A stretch of DNA of 7,460 nucleotides from a virus (lineage: Duplodnaviria > Heunggongvirae > Uroviricota > Caudoviricetes). The notes beneath the pieces were generated by a model. The model was given only the letters and a program-made list of their open reading frames with translations. It was not told the DNA's origin and did not search any database. Each line of letters starts with the position of its first letter. Position 1 is the stretch's first letter. Position numbers and translations under genes: made by a program. Below are positions 5,330 to 7,460 of the stretch, piece after piece. The stretch is from IMG/VR virus record IMGVR_UViG_2693429524_000001, positions 1 to 7,460 of that record. One strand, 5' to 3'.

Positions 5330-5911
5330 TTACTTGTTTTTGCCATGCTTATCCTGAGCGATAAGTTCATCCATAAGGCTGTCTTTCTTCCCAGCAAACC
5401 TAATGTAGCACTCATTTCTATAGCGTTCAGGGATAACAAAACGGTCGATTTCAGGATATCCAGTAGCAGAAGGTATCCGAATAAGAAGCCCTTTTTCGAG
5501 CAATGAGATTGCTTCATGGCTTCCCTTTTCTGTCTTTAGCTGGTTATTCGCGGCTACAGCGAATGCCAAATACGCTCTTTCTCCAAGAGTTAACGAATCA
5601 AACAAATCTTGCACATATTTTTCTTCTTTAGATTTGCGCTTCTGAGCAGCGGATACCTCAATTCTTTCAGTCACAGCGTGATAAGCGGAATTAACAACAC
5701 CGTTAAGCACATAGCTAACGCAGAACAACAGGATGTAATACATCCAATAATGAGGAAGGATTTCTGGATTATGCAGGTTTATCCATTCTTTTACGCTTAC
5801 CGGCATAACAATAATCAATATGATCAGGATGATTAGCATATGAATCAACTGTTTAAGTGTCATTCCTTGCAGGAAAAAATGCATTAGTTCCTGCCACCAT
5901 GAGTTGTTCAT
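5330..5911 (-). CDS. sieB: Superinfection exclusion protein B (SieB), 193 aa, membrane-associated
   Basis: Product MNNSWWQELMHFFLQGMTLKQLIHMLIILIILIIVMPVSVKEWINLHNPEILPHYWMYYILLFCVSYVL... matches lambda SieB as I recall it. It is convergent with N, as in lambda. Hydrophobic N-terminal half. Confidence 0.75.
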   Translation of the reverse strand: MNNSWWQELMHFFLQGMTLKQLIHMLIILIILIIVMPVSVKEWINLHNPEILPHYWMYYILLFCVSYVLNGVVNSAYHAVTERIEVSAAQKRKSKEEKYVQDLFDSLTLGERAYLAFAVAANNQLKTEKGSHEAISLLEKGLLIRIPSATGYPEIDRFVIPERYRNECYIRFAGKKDSLMDELIAQDKHGKNK

Positions 5912-6054
5912 CGGCGTTTCTCTTTTGCTCTCTGTAGGGGTGAATAGAGTTTATCCGATTTCTCGCTGTAGGGGTACACGAGAACCACCGAGCCTGATGT
6001 GGTTAAAAGACAGGCACAATCTTTACTACCGCAATCCACTATTTAAGGTGATAT

Positions 6055-6504
6055 ATGGAAGAACAAGCAAACAAGATTCTCGTAGAACTACTGCAAAAAG
6101 CCAGTAATGGAATAGACGCGGCTGTTTCATTTAGCCAGGCACAGATTCCTGATGTTGTTCATCAGTTGCTGCTATGGAATATGGTTGACAGTCTGATTAA
6201 AACATTAATAGCCATTCTAACAATCCCACTGGTTTTCTGGTTTATGAAGAAGCAGTGCCAAAGAGTTGAGACAGGTAAAATCGGTGATGAAGGATACTCA
6301 TGGGAGAGGGGAAATCCCAAATACAGGCCGACAATGGTTTGGGATAGCAAAGGAGATATTAACCTTCTTATCATGCCATTGGTTGGAGTTTTGACTCTGT
6401 GGGGGATTTTTATTATTGGTGTAGTAACCAATATGACTTGGTTAAAAATTTGGCTGGCCCCAAAACTTTACCTTATCGAATATGCAGCATCATTGGTTAA
6501 GTAA
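6055..6504 (+). CDS. Hypothetical inner-membrane protein, 149 aa, two predicted TM helices
   Basis: Complete ORF with SD AAGGTG upstream. Hydrophobic segments LIKTLIAILTIPLVFWFM and INLLIMPLVGVLTLWGIFIIGVV. Divergent from sieB, in the PL-operon direction. No family recognised. Confidence 0.6.
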   Translation: MEEQANKILVELLQKASNGIDAAVSFSQAQIPDVVHQLLLWNMVDSLIKTLIAILTIPLVFWFMKKQCQRVETGKIGDEGYSWERGNPKYRPTMVWDSKGDINLLIMPLVGVLTLWGIFIIGVVTNMTWLKIWLAPKLYLIEYAASLVK

Positions 6505-6508
6505 TTTC

Positions 6509-6535
6509 AGGCCGCATAGTCGGCCTTTATTTTTG
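6509..6535 (+). terminator. Intrinsic terminator after the 149-aa membrane protein gene
   Basis: AGGCCG-CATAGT-CGGCCT hairpin followed by TTATTTTT, 5 bp after the stop codon. Confidence 0.5.
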
Positions 6536-6556
6536 GCATAAACAACAGAGGCTAAC

Positions 6557-6847
6557 ATGGAATTTAAAGGTACCGAAGGTAAGTGGGAAATAATGATGGA
6601 TGGCGATGAGATTAAAATCATCCAGGCAGACTCACTTGAAAATGGCGCAGGCTGGCGTTCGTATATTGCAATCTGTGAGGAAGTTCAATGCATTGAAGAT
6701 GCCAATCTAATAGCGGCAGCACCTGACCTTTTAAATGCCCTGCAAGCGATGCTAAACAAGGCATACAAGCAAAACTGGAATGACCATTATCCTGATGAAG
6801 TATCGAAAGCACAGTCAGCAATCAGCAAAGCTCTTGGGGAAGAATGA
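6557..6847 (+). CDS. Hypothetical acidic protein, 96 aa
   Basis: Complete ORF. SD AGAGG is 5 nt before the ATG. Its stop overlaps the start of the next small ORF. No family recognised. Confidence 0.55.
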   Translation: MEFKGTEGKWEIMMDGDEIKIIQADSLENGAGWRSYIAICEEVQCIEDANLIAAAPDLLNALQAMLNKAYKQNWNDHYPDEVSKAQSAISKALGEE

Positions 6848-7005
6848 TGAATAAGAAATACATCGTTGAAGTTATAGAGCGAGAAACGAAAGAAGTAATT
6901 AAACATTTCGAATTTGATAATTATAGAAAAGCTGACCGCGTAGAAGAGGGATTGTTGCGGCAAAGTAATCTCGAAAAATTTGATGTTGTCATGCGATGCG
7001 AATAA
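6844..7005 (+). CDS. Small hypothetical protein, 53 aa (MMNKKYIVEVIERETKEVIKHFEFDNYRKADRVEEGLLRQSNLEKFDVVMRCE), below the ORF-track size cut-off
   Basis: ATGATGA overlap with the stop of the preceding gene (translational-coupling arrangement). Charged, Lys/Glu-rich. Translated by hand from the sequence. Confidence 0.4.
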   Translation: MMNKKYIVEVIERETKEVIKHFEFDNYRKADRVEEGLLRQSNLEKFDVVMRCE

Positions 7006-7099
7006 GCGCCTATAGCAGATTTGCGAGTCTGCTATGTGAGCAATGTCGCTCGTAACTAAACAGGAGCCGACTTGTTCTGATTATTGGAAATCTTCTTTG

Positions 7100-7124
7100 C
7101 CCTCCAGTGTGAGGGCCTTTTTAT
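7100..7124 (+). terminator. Intrinsic terminator-like hairpin
   Basis: GCCCTC-CAGTGT-GAGGGC followed by CTTTTTAT. Confidence 0.45.
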
Positions 7125-7188
7125 ATGCATACCAATAACGCTTCACTCGAGGCGTTTTCGTTATGCAATCAAACAGAAGGAGCATCCT

Positions 7189-7249
7189 ATGCAACAGTTC
7201 GCTATTGCAGGGCGGCATCGGTTCGCCCTTTCAACCCGATTTTATCGGT
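7189..7249 (+). pseudogene. Possible 5' remnant of a PL-operon gene truncated by IS insertion (20 codons before the IS end)
   Basis: Strong SD AAGGAG is 7 nt before the ATG at 7189. The ORF (MQQFAIAGRHRFALSTRFYR...) runs straight into the IS terminal repeat at 7250 and continues antisense to the transposase. Could equally be a chance ORF. Confidence 0.25.
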
Positions 7250-7460
7250 TGAACCGCCCCGGGTTTCCTGGAGAGTGTTTTATCTGTGAACTCAGGCTGC
7301 CAGATCATCTTTTCCGATGGAAGCATAATAAGCTTTTTCTGCTTCTGCCGGAGGAGTATGGCCCAGCCTTCCCAGCAATCGTCGATTGTTATACCAGTCC
7401 ACCCACGTTAGTGTGGCCAGTTCCACTTCTGCACGGTTTTTCCAGCTCTTACGGTGTATT
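7250..7460 (-). mobile_element. IS3-family insertion sequence (IS629-like), right-end portion; element continues beyond the window end
   Basis: Terminal sequence TGAACCGCCCCGGGTTTCCTGGAGAG starting at 7250 matches my memory of the IS629/IS1203 terminal inverted repeat. The transposase stop is 42 bp inside this end. Confidence 0.6.
7292..7460 (-). CDS. IS3-family transposase OrfB (integrase-core C-terminus), partial: last 55 codons only
   Basis: Minus-strand translation ...IHRKSWKNRAEVELATLTWVDWYNNRRLLGRLGHTPPAEAEKAYYASIGKDDLAA* has the C-terminal motifs typical of IS3-family OrfB transposases. No start codon in the window. Confidence 0.8.
   Translation of the reverse strand, partial: IHRKSWKNRAEVELATLTWVDWYNNRRLLGRLGHTPPAEAEKAYYASIGKDDLAA

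Noticed and set aside
5330-5743. Internal in-frame start within sieB producing an Esc-like truncated product (for example at Met57)
   Set aside because: Known for P22 sieB/esc, but I cannot identify which internal Met, if any, has a functional ribosome-binding site from sequence alone.
5326-6107. Track ORFs 5326..5517(-), 5609..5836(+) and 5904..6107(+)
   Set aside because: The first two overlap sieB out of frame or antisense. The third spans the sieB start and intergenic region and overlaps the start of the 149-aa gene. No SD support.
6162-6821. Minus-strand track ORFs 6162..6431 and 6618..6821
   Set aside because: Antisense to the better-supported plus-strand ORFs (each with an SD and oriented with PL).
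7012-7035. 8-bp stem hairpin (ATAGCAGA / TCTGCTAT) downstream of the 53-aa ORF
   Set aside because: No U-tract follows on either strand. Could be an RNA structure, but there is not enough evidence to call a terminator.

Overview
This window reads as the early-control and replication region of a mosaic lambdoid (pro)phage, lying in reverse orientation relative to the standard lambda map. All protein identifications are from my recollection of lambda/P22 protein sequences and motifs; no database search was run. Coordinates for regulatory sites were counted by hand and may be off by 1-2 bp. Minus strand, high to low coordinates (the PR operon): cro, nutR, cII, O (with an iteron origin inside it), P, ren, a tR2-like terminator, two small unknown ORFs, a Lar-like restriction-alleviation gene, ninB, and the start of a phage Dam-type methyltransferase. 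Plus strand (the PL side): a P22-c2-type repressor, terminator, OL/PL, nutL, an N-type antiterminator, then a convergent sieB (minus strand), a three-gene cassette of unknown function, and an IS3-family (IS629-like) element that runs off the window end. The immunity core (c2/cro/operators) looks P22-type while cII, oop, O, P, ren and sieB look lambda-type. The best candidate for something undescribed is the unknown cassette at 6055-7005 next to sieB, but its function cannot be read from sequence alone.
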